From: Nautiliaceae bacterium
Lineage (GTDB): Bacteria > Campylobacterota > Campylobacteria > Campylobacterales > Nautiliaceae
DNA: 64,000 nucleotides
Direction of reading: 5' to 3'
Assembly (NCBI GenBank): GCA_039831155.1
Contig: JBDONT010000029.1
Span: 27,071-91,070 of the forward strand
Below the pieces are notes generated by a model that saw nothing but the letters and a program-made list of their open reading frames with translations, was not told where the DNA came from and did no database searches. Shown here one piece after another: positions 42,693 through 54,272 of this stretch; the stretch's first letter is position 1, and each line of letters opens with the position of its first letter. The translations under genes were made by a program, and so were the position numbers.

Positions 42693-43994
42693 TTATCTGT
42701 TTTTGATTATCTCTTTTAAATACCCTCTCATAGCCTCATATAAATCTTTAATTTCAGCCCCATGTTTTTGATTAATTAAAAGTTCTCTAAGAGGCATAAA
42801 AAGATTTTTACCTTTTAATCCGGTATTTTTCATAATACGCTTTTTAAATTCATTATAATCATCTTCAAGTTCGTTTTTAAGTATCTCTTCTTTTAAAATC
42901 TCTCTTTGTTCTTTAAATTCATCATCCAAAGCTTTTTTAAAAACCAAATCAAATTTATCCTGAATTTCATTAATAGTAATACTCTCATCTCTAAAAATTC
43001 TCAAAAGCTCTTCATATCTTTTATCATATCCGAAATATTCGGCTAGATTTTCAATTCTTTTTAGATGTTCTTTATTTAAAAATTTAAGTTTTTCTATATC
43101 GAATTTAGCCGGTGAGCGAGAAATCTTTTTGATATCGAAAAATTCTATAGCCTCTTGTAAAGTAAAAACCTCTTTTTCAAAACTGTTTCCAAGTAAAATT
43201 AAATAATTGGCAATTGCATCCGGTAAAAAGCCTTGTTCTAAAAGCCACTTAACAGAACTTACATTCTCTCTTTTGCTCATTTTTTTACCGTCTTCGTTAA
43301 GAATAATCGGTAAATGGGCATATTTTATCTCTTTATCGTATCCCAAAGCTTTTCTTATAGCTATTTGTTTTGGAGTATTGCTTAAGTGGTCTTCCCCTCT
43401 TATTACAAGAGTTATATCATAAATCATATCGTCAATACTGCAAGCAAAATTATAAGTAGGCGTAAAATCCTTTCTCATAATAATAAAACTGTCCACTTCA
43501 AACGAAGAAAAATCAAACTCACCTTTGATTAAATCGTTAAATTTAATATTTTCTTTCGGTTTTTTCAGTCTTATTACAAACTCTTTTTTCTCTTTTAAAA
43601 GTTTTTCGACTTCTGCTTTTGATAAATTCTCACACTTACCACTATATCTGTAAGGTCTTTTTTCTATTTTGGCTTTTTCTCTTTGGAAATTAATCTCCTC
43701 CTCATCACAAAAGCAGACAAAAGCTTCTTTTTTTTCTAAAAGTTTTCTTGCCATCTCTTGATGAATGTGAAAATTACTGGACTGATACACAACATTGTCA
43801 TACTCAATATCAAAAAGTTTTAAAAGTTCTAAAATCTCTTTATCTTTTCCTTCAATGTTTCTCTCTTTATCGGTATCTTCAATTCTTATTAAAAGTTTAT
43901 CGTTGTTTTGTTTTGCCACTATATAATTAAAAATAGCTACTCTTAAATTTCCTATATGCATATCTCCTGTGGGACTTGGTGCAAATCTTAACAT
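42693..43994 (-). CDS. gltX: Glutamate--tRNA ligase, GluRS2-type paralogue
   Basis: RFAPSPTGDMHIGN, IRGEDH, KMSKR; N-terminus resembles Helicobacter GluRS2. Confidence 0.92.
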   Translation of the reverse strand: MLRFAPSPTGDMHIGNLRVAIFNYIVAKQNNDKLLIRIEDTDKERNIEGKDKEILELLKLFDIEYDNVVYQSSNFHIHQEMARKLLEKKEAFVCFCDEEEINFQREKAKIEKRPYRYSGKCENLSKAEVEKLLKEKKEFVIRLKKPKENIKFNDLIKGEFDFSSFEVDSFIIMRKDFTPTYNFACSIDDMIYDITLVIRGEDHLSNTPKQIAIRKALGYDKEIKYAHLPIILNEDGKKMSKRENVSSVKWLLEQGFLPDAIANYLILLGNSFEKEVFTLQEAIEFFDIKKISRSPAKFDIEKLKFLNKEHLKRIENLAEYFGYDKRYEELLRIFRDESITINEIQDKFDLVFKKALDDEFKEQREILKEEILKNELEDDYNEFKKRIMKNTGLKGKNLFMPLRELLINQKHGAEIKDLYEAMRGYLKEIIKNR

Positions 43995-43995
43995 A

Positions 43996-45468
43996 CTACT
44001 CCTTAGATTTTTCTAATAATAAAGGTACTAAATTGTTTTGTGTCGCATATTCGGCAACAGCGTCCAATTCCTGGAATGTAAGTTTAGCATATTTTTCAAG
44101 TTCTACAAGTTTTTCATAATACAAATTAGGATTATCTTTAGTAACTCCCTCTTTTTGGACTCTCAATAAAATCTCTTTTCCTATTTCATGTATTTTTTTA
44201 TGATTCTCTAAAAGAGGCTTATATTTAGGATATTTACTTAATATAGAAACTATATCGGGTTTTATAAGCCATTTTCCGAGTTTACAGCTTTTTTCATTAA
44301 GTTCAAGAAGTTCTTTTTCAACACTCTCTCTTGTTATTGAAGAGTATATATTCGATTTATAGATAATATGGTCTATTTTAAAAGTAATAAAAATAAGTCT
44401 TAAAGTATTTTTATCGGAAATAAAACTAACATCCGTCAACTCTTTTTTCAATACGTCTAATACCTGTTCGAAATTAAGCAGAGTTTCATAAGACTTTTCA
44501 CCTATTACCACAACTTGATTGGTATTTTCCTCAATCCCGTTAAACTGCTGCTGAAGAGTTTGAATCGTCATCGCTATTTCGTTTGTAGCTTTTTGGGTTC
44601 TTTCCGCCAAATCCCTTATGTTATCCGCAACCACTGCAAACCCACGTCCGTGTTCCCCGGCACGTGCCGCTTCAATTGCGGCATTTAGTGCAAGAAGATT
44701 CGTTTGGTCCGCAATATCTTTAATAAGCTCTACAATATTTGAAATGGATTTAATATTTTCCGCCATTTGAGAAATTTCACTGGAAGTCTCTTCAACTTTT
44801 TCGTTAAGCATATTAAAATCGTTCTTACTCTCTTGCATTAAAGCGTAGGTTTTATCGGCTTGAGCGGTTAAGTCTTTCACTTTTGAAGTTATCTCTTTAA
44901 AAGCGTTATCAATAGTAAAAATTTCTTGACCTATTCTTTCTAAATTGGCACTTATTCCTCCGTCTATTTGAACGAAACGTTTGGATAAAGAACTTATTCT
45001 TTCGACTTTTTTAGATACTTTCAAAGAATCTATAGCCTTTTCAAACTCTTCCGCTACATTTCTAAATTCTCCGTGAAGTCCTACTGGCATTACATATCTA
45101 TAATCCTCTCCCCTTATTACCGCCTGAATAGTATTTTTAGATTCTCTAAGCAAATCTTCAATTTGATCCAACATTTCATTGATATTCCAAGCTATTTTTT
45201 CTTCCAAGCTCTCTTCCCCGTCTATTATTACTCTTGAAGAAAGTTTTCCGTTATAAGCGTTATTAACGGTAAAATTTATTTTTTCAAAAATTTCATTAGA
45301 AGAAAACAAAATCTTATTTTTCGTCGAAGGTAAAAAATGAGCCAAAGCTACAAATACCGTATAAAGAGTAACCGCTATATATTCGCCTTTATACAAAAGA
45401 TAAATCAATAATAAAAAATTAATACATATTATCCCCAAAAGTCTTAACGTTAAAAAATTTTTTTTCAT
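43996..45468 (-). CDS. Methyl-accepting chemotaxis protein, CetA-like, with CZB domain
   Basis: Two N-terminal TMs; MCP hairpin motif; HIIYK...CKLGKW...HKKIH. Confidence 0.93.
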   Translation of the reverse strand: MKKNFLTLRLLGIICINFLLLIYLLYKGEYIAVTLYTVFVALAHFLPSTKNKILFSSNEIFEKINFTVNNAYNGKLSSRVIIDGEESLEEKIAWNINEMLDQIEDLLRESKNTIQAVIRGEDYRYVMPVGLHGEFRNVAEEFEKAIDSLKVSKKVERISSLSKRFVQIDGGISANLERIGQEIFTIDNAFKEITSKVKDLTAQADKTYALMQESKNDFNMLNEKVEETSSEISQMAENIKSISNIVELIKDIADQTNLLALNAAIEAARAGEHGRGFAVVADNIRDLAERTQKATNEIAMTIQTLQQQFNGIEENTNQVVVIGEKSYETLLNFEQVLDVLKKELTDVSFISDKNTLRLIFITFKIDHIIYKSNIYSSITRESVEKELLELNEKSCKLGKWLIKPDIVSILSKYPKYKPLLENHKKIHEIGKEILLRVQKEGVTKDNPNLYYEKLVELEKYAKLTFQELDAVAEYATQNNLVPLLLEKSKE

Positions 45469-45471
45469 TTA

Positions 45472-46047
45472 TCATCCTTTTTGCAAATTAAAAACAAGCT
45501 CATGATATTTATCCACCACATTATCGTCATTTGCGTTCAAAACTTCTTTTAAAAGCTCGTAACTAGCATTAATACCCCCTATTCTTTCCGCTTCCACCAA
45601 TTGTAAATATATCGGTTCCAACGTTTCAATACCTCTTCTTGAAGGTTTTTTTCTAAAAGAGGTATATCCTATAATATTTCCATTTAAATCCAAATCCGGA
45701 GTAATATAAGCAAGCACCCAGTAATACCCTCCGTCTTTTCTTAAATTTTTAACAAATCCGAAAAACTCTTTTTTTGCCTGAATCAAATCCCATAAAATCT
45801 TAAAAGCGATTTTTGGCATATGAGGATGACGGATAATATTATGATTGGCACCTATAAGCTCTCGTCTGCTCCATCCGGCCATATCAACAAAAATTCTATT
45901 ACAATAAGTAATATACCCTTTCGTATCCGTTTTTGAAACGATAAAATCATTATCCCCTAACACTTTTTCTTTATTTGTTATATTTTTAGGAGCATCAAGC
46001 TTTGAGAGTCTTTTTCCTTTTTTTAATTTTTCTTCTATTCTTCCCAT
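45472..46047 (-). CDS. Stand-alone PAS sensor, Aer/CetB type
   Basis: [35 protein letters not shown]. Confidence 0.92.
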   Translation of the reverse strand: MGRIEEKLKKGKRLSKLDAPKNITNKEKVLGDNDFIVSKTDTKGYITYCNRIFVDMAGWSRRELIGANHNIIRHPHMPKIAFKILWDLIQAKKEFFGFVKNLRKDGGYYWVLAYITPDLDLNGNIIGYTSFRKKPSRRGIETLEPIYLQLVEAERIGGINASYELLKEVLNANDDNVVDKYHELVFNLQKG

Positions 46048-46056
46048 ACTTTTCCT

Positions 46057-46416
46057 TTAAAACGGTCTCAAAAGAGTTAAAACATACATCAAAACGAACA
46101 TACAAACAACACTCCAATATAAAATACCGGCTTTCTTTTCAGTTAATGTTTTACCTTTAAAAGAAAACACTAATAAATATATATTCACTATCATTGCAAT
46201 GATATCAAATGAAAGCTTTACGTGAAGCCAAATACCAGATTTTGCAATTGACGGAAACATAAGCATAATCTTAGTACCTACTCCCAAAACAATCAACATA
46301 AACAAAAAACTAACGATAGCAAAAACTTTAGAAGAACGATATTTTAATTCGTTTATAGCGGTAATTAAAAAAATCGCCCACAAAAATACCGCTATCATAT
46401 GAAATTGAATTAGCAT
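46057..46416 (-). CDS. Four-TM protein, HemJ/CopD-like
   Basis: FHMIAV, WLHVKL, C-terminal LRPF. Confidence 0.6.
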   Translation of the reverse strand: MLIQFHMIAVFLWAIFLITAINELKYRSSKVFAIVSFLFMLIVLGVGTKIMLMFPSIAKSGIWLHVKLSFDIIAMIVNIYLLVFSFKGKTLTEKKAGILYWSVVCMFVLMYVLTLLRPF

Positions 46417-46562
46417 ACAAAACCTTTTCCCCGTTTAAATATTCAAATAATTATATAAATATTTATTAATCAAAGTCAACAAAAAATCATTAAAAGCACT
46501 TTTTTAACACTATATACTCAGTGTTTGACCCTAAATATATCCAAAAAAAGAAAAACAAGAGA

Positions 46563-49163
46563 CTATCTAGGGTCTCTTGCCACCTCAACTCCGTTAACTT
46601 TAATAATGATATTGTTATCATCCGCATCAAATTCAACTTTATCGCCGTCTTTAACTTTTCCTTCAAGAATAAGTTCTGCAAGTCTATCTTCAATAATTTC
46701 TGCCATAGCTCTTTTTAGTGGTCTTGCCCCAAAGATTGGGTCAAATCCAACTTCAGCTATCACATCTTTAACCCTGTCAGTCAGTACAAGTTCAATATCT
46801 CTTTCTTTAAGTCTTTGAGTAATTTTTCTAAGCAAGATATCAACAATTTGTTTAACTTGCTCTTTACCTAGTGGATTAAATACCACCACATCATCAAGTC
46901 TGTTTAAGAATTCCGGTTTCATTCTTCTTTTAAGTTCAGCCCAAACCTCTTCTTTTCTAGCTTCTGGGTCTTTAATTTCCATAATGATATCACTTGCGAT
47001 ATTACTTGTTAAGATAATAATTGTGTTTTTAAAATCAACCGTTACACCTTTATTATCTGTAAGTCTCCCGTCATCAAGCACTTGAAGTAAGATGTTAAAT
47101 ACATCCGGATGTGCTTTTTCGATTTCATCGAACAAAATTACGCTATACGGTTTTCTTCTTACAGCTTCTGTAAGTTGTCCACCCTCTTCATATCCTACAT
47201 ATCCAGGTGCCGCACCGATAAGTTTTGATACGCTTATTTTATCCATATATTCACTCATATCAAATCTAATTAAAGCTTTTTCATCATCAAACAAAAATCT
47301 TGCAAGAGTTTTTGCCGTTTCAGTTTTACCGACCCCTGTCGGTCCTAAGAACATAAAACTACCGATTGGTCTATTAGGATCTCCAAGACCTGCTTTATTT
47401 CTTTTAATTGCTCTTGCCACTGCTTTAATGGCTTCATCTTGTCCGACTACCCATTTTTTAAGTTCGTCTTCAATATGCAAGATTTTTTCAAGCTCGCTTT
47501 GCAACATTTTATTAACCGGAATTCCCGTCCATTTACTTACAACATCCGCAACCGCTTCTTCATCAACGGCGTTTTTAAGAAGAGTACCCTCTTTTAACAT
47601 TTTCTCCCATTTTTTCTCAAGCTCTTCAAGTTTTTTACTAAGTTCAACTATTTTTCCGTATTCAATTTCAGCCGCTTTATGGAAATTTCCTTCTCTTTTT
47701 GCGATATCGGCTTGAACTTTTAGTTCTTCAATTTGTTGTTTAAGTTCTGCTATTTCTTTAAGTACTCTTTTTTCTTCTTCAAATTTAGCTTCAAGTCTTC
47801 TTTTCTCTTCTTCTAAATTTGCAAGTTCTTTTTCGATTTCCGCAAGTCTTTTTTTAGATTTTTCACTCTCGCCTTCCATTTGAAGAGCCTCTTTTTCAAC
47901 CATTAACTGCTCGATTTCTCTTTTAATTTTAGCAAGCTCGAACGGTTCGGATTCGATTTGCATTTTAATTTCAGCCGCAGCTTCGTCAATTGCGTCAATT
48001 GCTTTATCCGGTAAAAATCTATCACTTATATATCTGTCAGTTAATTTTGCCGCCGCTACAATAGCTTCGTCTAAAATTTTTACTTTATGGTGTGCTTCAA
48101 GTCTCTCTTTAAGTCCTCTTAAGATTCTAATCGCTTCATTAACACTCGGTTCGTTTACCATTACCGGTTGGAATCTTCTTTGAAGAGCCGCGTCTTTTTC
48201 GAAATATTTTCTGTATTCTTTTAAAGTTGTTGCACCTATTGTTCTTAGCTCACCTCTTGCAAGTGCCGGTTTTAAGATGTTTGCGGCGTCCATACTGCCT
48301 TCACTCGCCCCCGCACCTACGATTGTGTGAATTTCGTCGATGAATAAAATAATATTAGGGTTTTGTTTTACTTCATCAACAACGGCTTTTAATCTGTCTT
48401 CAAACTCACCTCTATATTTTGCACCGGCAATAAGTGCCGTCATATCAAGTGCTACGATTTGTTTGTTTTGTAAACTTACCGGTACCTCTTTTTTAACAAT
48501 TCTTTGAGCAAGTCCTTCCACTAACGCCGTTTTACCAACCCCTGGTTCACCTAGCAAAATCGGATTATTTTTTGTTTTTCTAATTAAGATTTGCATCATT
48601 CTGTTGATTTCTTCATCTCTTCCGATTACCGGGTCAAGTTTACCTTCTCTAGCTTTTGCCGTTAAATCAATTCCATATTTATTAAGTGCGTCAAGTGTTT
48701 CATCCGCACTTTTAGATTCTATTTTTTTATCTCCTCTTATAGCTTCAAGAGTTTTTTTAAGTTCAAATAAATCAACATATTTTCCTAACGTATCTTTAAA
48801 CAAATCAAGGTTTGCAATAAGCCAAGTATCAACTGCAATATACTTATCTCCAAGTTTTGTAGCAAGTCCTTCCGCTCTTTCAAGTGATTGGATAAGCTCT
48901 CTTCCTATTTTAATAGACTCTTTTGTAATATTGTCAACTTTCGGAAGTCTGTCCACTGCACTTTTAAGCTCAAGCTCAATTGCAACCTTATCAATTCCCA
49001 TTTTATTTAAAGCTTGATTTAATACCGTATTTGTATTAGTTACAAGCCCCCATAAAATATGCAATGGATGTACTTCCGGGTTTTTGTTATGAAGTGCTAA
49101 ACTAAGCCCGCTTTCCAAAGCTTCCATCATTTGGTTTGTCAATTTTTCGAATATTCTATCCAT
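46563..49163 (-). CDS. clpB: ATP-dependent disaggregase
   Basis: Two AAA+ modules ([16 protein letters not shown]) with coiled-coil M domain. Confidence 0.97.
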   Translation of the reverse strand: MDRIFEKLTNQMMEALESGLSLALHNKNPEVHPLHILWGLVTNTNTVLNQALNKMGIDKVAIELELKSAVDRLPKVDNITKESIKIGRELIQSLERAEGLATKLGDKYIAVDTWLIANLDLFKDTLGKYVDLFELKKTLEAIRGDKKIESKSADETLDALNKYGIDLTAKAREGKLDPVIGRDEEINRMMQILIRKTKNNPILLGEPGVGKTALVEGLAQRIVKKEVPVSLQNKQIVALDMTALIAGAKYRGEFEDRLKAVVDEVKQNPNIILFIDEIHTIVGAGASEGSMDAANILKPALARGELRTIGATTLKEYRKYFEKDAALQRRFQPVMVNEPSVNEAIRILRGLKERLEAHHKVKILDEAIVAAAKLTDRYISDRFLPDKAIDAIDEAAAEIKMQIESEPFELAKIKREIEQLMVEKEALQMEGESEKSKKRLAEIEKELANLEEEKRRLEAKFEEEKRVLKEIAELKQQIEELKVQADIAKREGNFHKAAEIEYGKIVELSKKLEELEKKWEKMLKEGTLLKNAVDEEAVADVVSKWTGIPVNKMLQSELEKILHIEDELKKWVVGQDEAIKAVARAIKRNKAGLGDPNRPIGSFMFLGPTGVGKTETAKTLARFLFDDEKALIRFDMSEYMDKISVSKLIGAAPGYVGYEEGGQLTEAVRRKPYSVILFDEIEKAHPDVFNILLQVLDDGRLTDNKGVTVDFKNTIIILTSNIASDIIMEIKDPEARKEEVWAELKRRMKPEFLNRLDDVVVFNPLGKEQVKQIVDILLRKITQRLKERDIELVLTDRVKDVIAEVGFDPIFGARPLKRAMAEIIEDRLAELILEGKVKDGDKVEFDADDNNIIIKVNGVEVARDPR

Positions 49164-49193
49164 TTTTCCTCCTTAAAAGTTTTAGTTGGTATA

Positions 49194-49223
49194 ATTATAC
49201 ATCTTTAGTCAATCTATGTCAAT
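49194..49223 (-). promoter_or_regulatory. Consensus sigma70 promoter of clpB overlapped by a HAIR-like (HspR) operator
   Basis: TTGACA-N17-TATAAT; CTTTAGT-N7-TGTCAAT at 49203-49223 versus HAIR CTTGAGT-N7-ACTCAAG. Confidence 0.75.
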
Positions 49224-49344
49224 ATTTTTGATAATTTTTTCTTAAAGTTTTTTTATATTTTAATTGTAACAAATTCTTTTACCAAAAGCAACTTGATTTT
49301 AAACCCCATTTATACTAGAATTTCAAAAACTCCAAGGAGAATAA

Positions 49345-50592
49345 TTGAAAAAAATATTAGCCCTAATACTGATAATATCTTCACTATTTGCAGAAACCCC
49401 TCAAACAAGATTGGCTGCATATGAGAAATTCGTAAAAGTTGTCAACATTATAGAAGCCTACTACGTAGAAGAGCTTAACACGTCAACTATAATTAATAAA
49501 GCCCTAAAAGGTCTTCTGCCAAACCTGGACGCTCACTCAAGCTATCTAGATAAAAAAGCCTACAAAGAACTACAAGTCCAAACAACGGGCGAATTCGGAG
49601 GACTTGGAATTGTTGTAGGTATGAAAAACGGAGTTTTAACTGTTATATCTCCAATAGATGACACTCCGGCTTACAAAGCCGGAATTAAAACCGGAGATAT
49701 TATCTTAAAAATTAACGATAAAGCTACAATAGATATGACCCTTGATGAAGCCGTAAATTTAATGAGAGGAAAACCCGGAACTAAAATCACACTTACAATT
49801 GTAAGAAAAGATCAAGAACCTTTTACAGTCACAATTACAAGAGGCATTATCAAAATCAAATCCGTAAAAGCAAAAGATTTAGAAAACTATCCTGAAATTA
49901 AATATGTAAGAATCTCTTCTTTTGACAAAAACGTTGTTCCAAACATTAAAAAAATAGTGAAAAATCTAAAAAAAGAACATAAAAAAGGCATCATTATAGA
50001 TTTAAGAAATAATCCCGGAGGTCTTCTAAATCAAGCGGTAGGAACACTTGATTTATTTATAAACAAAGGCATACTGGTATCTCAAAAAGGTAGAATCAAA
50101 AGTGAAAATATAGTCTTTTACGCACATTCAAAAGATACTTACAAAAACATTCCTATCGTAGTTTTAGTAAACGGAGGAAGTGCAAGTGCTAGTGAAATTG
50201 TAAGTGGAGGACTTCAAGACCATAAACGTGCAATAATCGTAGGAGAAAAAACATTCGGAAAAGGAAGCGTACAAGCAATTATTCCTATTACAAAAGACGA
50301 AGCCATAAGACTAACCGTAGCTAGATATTATTTACCAAGTGGAAGGACTATCCAGGCTAAAGGCGTTACACCGGATATTATAATTCATCCGGGAAAAGTA
50401 GAAGAAAATAATTTAAGCGAAACTCAAATTAAAGAAGCCAATCTAAAAGCTCACTTAAGAGCGGAATTAAATAAAATAGAAAAGAAAAAAACAGAAAAAA
50501 ACAATAGCAAAAACACAAAAAAAATAGACGGAGATTTGCAACTATTAACAGGTGCCAATATTTTAAAAGCTTTAATCATAACCAAACAATAA
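49345..50592 (+). CDS. ctpA: S41 carboxyl-terminal protease
   Basis: PDZ, DLRNNPGG, SASASEI, TFGKGSVQ. Confidence 0.93.
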   Translation: MKKILALILIISSLFAETPQTRLAAYEKFVKVVNIIEAYYVEELNTSTIINKALKGLLPNLDAHSSYLDKKAYKELQVQTTGEFGGLGIVVGMKNGVLTVISPIDDTPAYKAGIKTGDIILKINDKATIDMTLDEAVNLMRGKPGTKITLTIVRKDQEPFTVTITRGIIKIKSVKAKDLENYPEIKYVRISSFDKNVVPNIKKIVKNLKKEHKKGIIIDLRNNPGGLLNQAVGTLDLFINKGILVSQKGRIKSENIVFYAHSKDTYKNIPIVVLVNGGSASASEIVSGGLQDHKRAIIVGEKTFGKGSVQAIIPITKDEAIRLTVARYYLPSGRTIQAKGVTPDIIIHPGKVEENNLSETQIKEANLKAHLRAELNKIEKKKTEKNNSKNTKKIDGDLQLLTGANILKALIITKQ

Positions 50593-50601
50593 AGGAGAGA
50601 T

Positions 50602-51309
50602 ATGAAACTTTTATACGAAGGTAAGGCAAAAAGAATTTACGAAACCGAAAATCCAAACGAAGTAATTTGTGAATTTAAAGATTCATTAACTGCATTTAAC
50701 GGTGAAAAAGCAGACGAAGAAAGCGGAAAAGGTGCCCTAAACTGTGCTATTACAACTTTAATTTTCGAAGCACTTAAAAAAGAGGGAATTCCGACTCATT
50801 TAATAAAACAGATAGACGAAACTAAACAACTTGTAAAAAAAGTCGATATTATTTTAATAGAAGTGGTTGTAAGAAATATTGTAGCGGGAAGCCTTGCTAA
50901 AAGACTGGGACTAAAAGAAGGAACTAAACTTCCTTTTACGATAGTTGAATTTTATTATAAAAACGACAAATTAAACGACCCTTTAATCAACAACGACCAT
51001 GCAATGGTTTTAGGACTTGTAAAAACAAGAGAGGAACTTGATTTATTAAGAGAATACGGACTTAAAGTAAACGACTTTTTAACTAAATTTTTTGACAAAG
51101 TGGGTCTTACTTTGGTAGACTTTAAAATTGAATTCGGAAGAGACGAAAACGGAAATATTATATTAGCAGATGAAATAACGCCTGATTCTTGCAGACTTTG
51201 GGATAAAGAAACAGGTAAAAAACTAGATAAAGACTTATTTAGATTCAACCTAGGAAACATTAAAGAAGCTTATACGGAAGTACTAAACAGATTAAAGGAT
51301 GTAAAATGA
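50602..51309 (+). CDS. purC: SAICAR synthetase
   Basis: LYEGKAK, LVDFKIEFG, DEITPDSCRLWD. Confidence 0.97.
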   Translation: MKLLYEGKAKRIYETENPNEVICEFKDSLTAFNGEKADEESGKGALNCAITTLIFEALKKEGIPTHLIKQIDETKQLVKKVDIILIEVVVRNIVAGSLAKRLGLKEGTKLPFTIVEFYYKNDKLNDPLINNDHAMVLGLVKTREELDLLREYGLKVNDFLTKFFDKVGLTLVDFKIEFGRDENGNIILADEITPDSCRLWDKETGKKLDKDLFRFNLGNIKEAYTEVLNRLKDVK

Positions 51310-51545
51310 TAGTAGCAGTAAACGTTCATTTAAAAAAAGGTGTTCTTGACCCTCAAGGAAAAGCCGTACAACACGCACTTGAAACTTTAGGATTTAAAGA
51401 AGTAAAAAACGTAAGAACAGGTAAACAGATTTTACTCGATATTGACACTGACGATAAAGAAAAAGCGATAGAACTTGCAAAAGAGGCAGCAAGTGAACTT
51501 TTAGCCAATCCGGTTATAGAAAATTACGAAATAGAGGTAAAATAA
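51306..51545 (+). CDS. purS: FGAM synthase subunit PurS
   Basis: VLDPQGKA, LLANPVIE. Confidence 0.95.
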   Translation: MIVAVNVHLKKGVLDPQGKAVQHALETLGFKEVKNVRTGKQILLDIDTDDKEKAIELAKEAASELLANPVIENYEIEVK

Positions 51546-52213
51546 TGAAAGTTTCAGTAATAGTTTTTCCGGGAACTAATTGTGATAGAGACACAAAGTG
51601 GGCTTTTGAAAAAATAGGTGCAGAGGTTGAATTCGTATGGCATAACGAACACGACCTAAAAAACCCGGATTTGGTTGTCCTTCCCGGCGGGTTTAGTTAC
51701 GGGGATTACTTAAGAAGCGGAGCAATTGCCAGATTTTCCCCTATTATGAAAGAGATACAAGAGTTTGCTAAAAAAGGTGGTTACGTTTTTGGAATTTGTA
51801 ACGGATTTCAAATTCTACTTGAATCACATCTACTGCCCGGTGGAATGACAAGAAACGAAAATTTGCATTTTATTTCAAAATTTCATCATCTAAAAGTAAT
51901 AGACAACAATAATAAATTCCTTCAAAATCTAAACATAGGAGATATTGTAAATATTCCTATAGCTCACGCAGAAGGAAATTATAAAGTTGACGAAGAAACT
52001 CTTAAAAAAATGTATGATAACGGACAAGTTATCTTAAAATACTGTGATGAAAACGGAAACGAACTAAACCCAAACGGCAGTGTCGATAGTATAGCCGGAA
52101 TTTGTAACGAAACTAAAAACGTATTCGGACTTATGCCGCATCCCGAAAGAGCTATGGATAGTATTCTTGGAGGAAGTGACGGAATTAAAATGATAGAAGG
52201 ATTTATTAAGTGA
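51545..52213 (+). CDS. purQ: FGAM synthase glutaminase subunit
   Basis: [30 protein letters not shown]. Confidence 0.97.
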   Translation: MKVSVIVFPGTNCDRDTKWAFEKIGAEVEFVWHNEHDLKNPDLVVLPGGFSYGDYLRSGAIARFSPIMKEIQEFAKKGGYVFGICNGFQILLESHLLPGGMTRNENLHFISKFHHLKVIDNNNKFLQNLNIGDIVNIPIAHAEGNYKVDEETLKKMYDNGQVILKYCDENGNELNPNGSVDSIAGICNETKNVFGLMPHPERAMDSILGGSDGIKMIEGFIK

Positions 52214-53307
52214 AAAAATTTCTTTTTTTACTTTTTCCTTTTTTGCTTTTTGCGTATAGAGTAGATATTGTTACGTGGAGTAAAAAAGACACTTTTTACG
52301 GATTTCTAAAACAAAATTCACTCCCTCTTAGTATCTATTATAATCTTTCTCCTAAAATTAAAAGATATGTAAGAACTATCCCTATCGGAGAAGACGTCTT
52401 TATTCTAAGAGACAACAATAAAATTAAACAAGCCCTAATCCCTTTAAACTCTAAAATACAACTGCAAATTATAAATAAAAACAACCGATATATAACGAAA
52501 GTTATTCCGATTACATACGAAACTCAAACAAAAAGAGCGTCTATTACTATTAACAATTACTTAAGCTATGACGTATATAAAGCTACTAAGTTACGCTCTT
52601 TAACTTCAAAAATTATAAATATATTTTCAGATAGAGTAAACTTTAAAGCTATTCCAAAAGGTACAAAACTAGAACTGATTTACGAAGAAAAACTAAAATA
52701 CGGAAAAATAAAAGACGTTAAAATTTTATACGCAAAAATAGATAACAAATACTACACTATAAACGCTTTTTTAAATCCTTTAGACAACAGATACTACGAT
52801 TCTCACGCAAGAAGTTTAAAAGGAATGTTTTTAGCGGCTCCTCTTAGATACAAAAGAATATCATCATATTTTGGAATGAGATTTCATCCTATTCTTCATA
52901 AATGGAGAATGCACGACGGTATTGATTACGTAAATAGAATCGGTACTCCTATTCATACTGTAGCCGACGGAAAAGTAATTTATAAAGGATGGATTAGAGG
53001 TTACGGTAAAACCATAAAAATTAAACATAAAAACGGCTATATAACAATGTACGCTCATCTACACTCTTTTGCAAGAGGACTGTATGTAGGTAAATGGGTA
53101 AGACAAGGTCAGACAATAGCCTATTTAGGAAACACCGGATTATCTACCGGTCCTCATTTACATTTCGGAGTACTTTATCACAACAGATGGATAAACCCTC
53201 TAAAAATCAAACGCTCTGCAAAAATTACCCTATGGGGTAAACAAAGAAGAGAGTTTTTTACTTACATAGAACAATTCGAAAAAAACTACGACATAGCACT
53301 TAAATGA
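52210..53307 (+). CDS. M23 peptidoglycan DD-metallopeptidase, Csd3-like
   Basis: [23 protein letters not shown]. Confidence 0.9.
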   Translation: MKKFLFLLFPFLLFAYRVDIVTWSKKDTFYGFLKQNSLPLSIYYNLSPKIKRYVRTIPIGEDVFILRDNNKIKQALIPLNSKIQLQIINKNNRYITKVIPITYETQTKRASITINNYLSYDVYKATKLRSLTSKIINIFSDRVNFKAIPKGTKLELIYEEKLKYGKIKDVKILYAKIDNKYYTINAFLNPLDNRYYDSHARSLKGMFLAAPLRYKRISSYFGMRFHPILHKWRMHDGIDYVNRIGTPIHTVADGKVIYKGWIRGYGKTIKIKHKNGYITMYAHLHSFARGLYVGKWVRQGQTIAYLGNTGLSTGPHLHFGVLYHNRWINPLKIKRSAKITLWGKQRREFFTYIEQFEKNYDIALK

Positions 53308-54272
53308 GACTGCTGATAGTTTTTTTCTCCTCTTTACTTTTTGCATCGAATTTAATTATTCAATATCCGAACCTAAAAAAATACTATTATCAAAACCAAA
53401 TTATAAATTTAAAAATAAAAATAATAACTCCTACCGATAAAAACTTATCAATAATAACCCCTCAAAACATAGAATACAACCAATCCCAAAAAAACAGAGT
53501 TATCCATATATTAAACTTAAAATACAAAAACGACCTATCTTCCAAAAAAATTTTTATAATAGGCAACAACATTTACAAAGAAATAAATTTAAATAAACTC
53601 TATAAAACCAAAGAATTGGAAAACATTCCCCGATTTTCACATCTGTTAGCTCAAAATCTAAAAATATTAAATCCTATTTCATCTAAATTTAACAACCAAA
53701 AAAATATGGTCTCTTTCACTATAATAGCTAAAAATGCCAATTTAGAAGACTTTAAACTAGATAACGTTTCAGACCAAAATTTAAGCATAGTATCCCCTAC
53801 AAAAGCTACCTTTTTTGGATATATAAACAAAAACTTTCATAAACTGACATTTTATTACTTTAACACCAAAAGCGAAAATTTTAAAAAAATTTCCATCCCT
53901 ATAAAAATTAAAGAAGATACAATAAGCACTCAAACCGAATTAAATCCGGAAGAAGGTAAATTTTTTACTCCGCTTAATATTTTAATATTACTTATAATAG
54001 CTTTAGGATTAAGCATTTTTTTTATTTATCAAAAAATCATTCTTTTAATACCACCTCTGTTTTTAATAGCTTATCTAGGATATAAAAATCTTCCTAAAGG
54101 AGAAATAACTCTTAAACCGGGTACGAAAGTTTATATACTACCTACGAAAAATTCAACCGTATTTTATAAAATAAAAGTAACCACAAAAGTAAAAATACTA
54201 AAAAAATTAAAAGAATATACAAAAGTAAAAATAAATAACAAAATAGGATGGGTAAAAAATGAAGATAATTGA
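53304..54272 (+). CDS. Exported/membrane protein with C-terminal SH3-like domain
   Basis: ISTQTELNP, YILPTKNST, KIGWV. Confidence 0.75.
   Translation: MRLLIVFFSSLLFASNLIIQYPNLKKYYYQNQIINLKIKIITPTDKNLSIITPQNIEYNQSQKNRVIHILNLKYKNDLSSKKIFIIGNNIYKEINLNKLYKTKELENIPRFSHLLAQNLKILNPISSKFNNQKNMVSFTIIAKNANLEDFKLDNVSDQNLSIVSPTKATFFGYINKNFHKLTFYYFNTKSENFKKISIPIKIKEDTISTQTELNPEEGKFFTPLNILILLIIALGLSIFFIYQKIILLIPPLFLIAYLGYKNLPKGEITLKPGTKVYILPTKNSTVFYKIKVTTKVKILKKLKEYTKVKINNKIGWVKNEDN

Noticed and set aside
46506-46525. AACACT-N8-AGTGTT palindrome as a CIRCE element
   Set aside because: Spacing is 3 nt too short and it lies downstream of clpB
47092-49017. Plus-strand ORFs of 207 and 137 aa inside clpB, and similar short antisense ORFs in MCP, pyrH, flgR, purC, plsC and pabB
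   Set aside because: Ser/Phe-rich reverse-frame shadows of well-supported genes, no motifs
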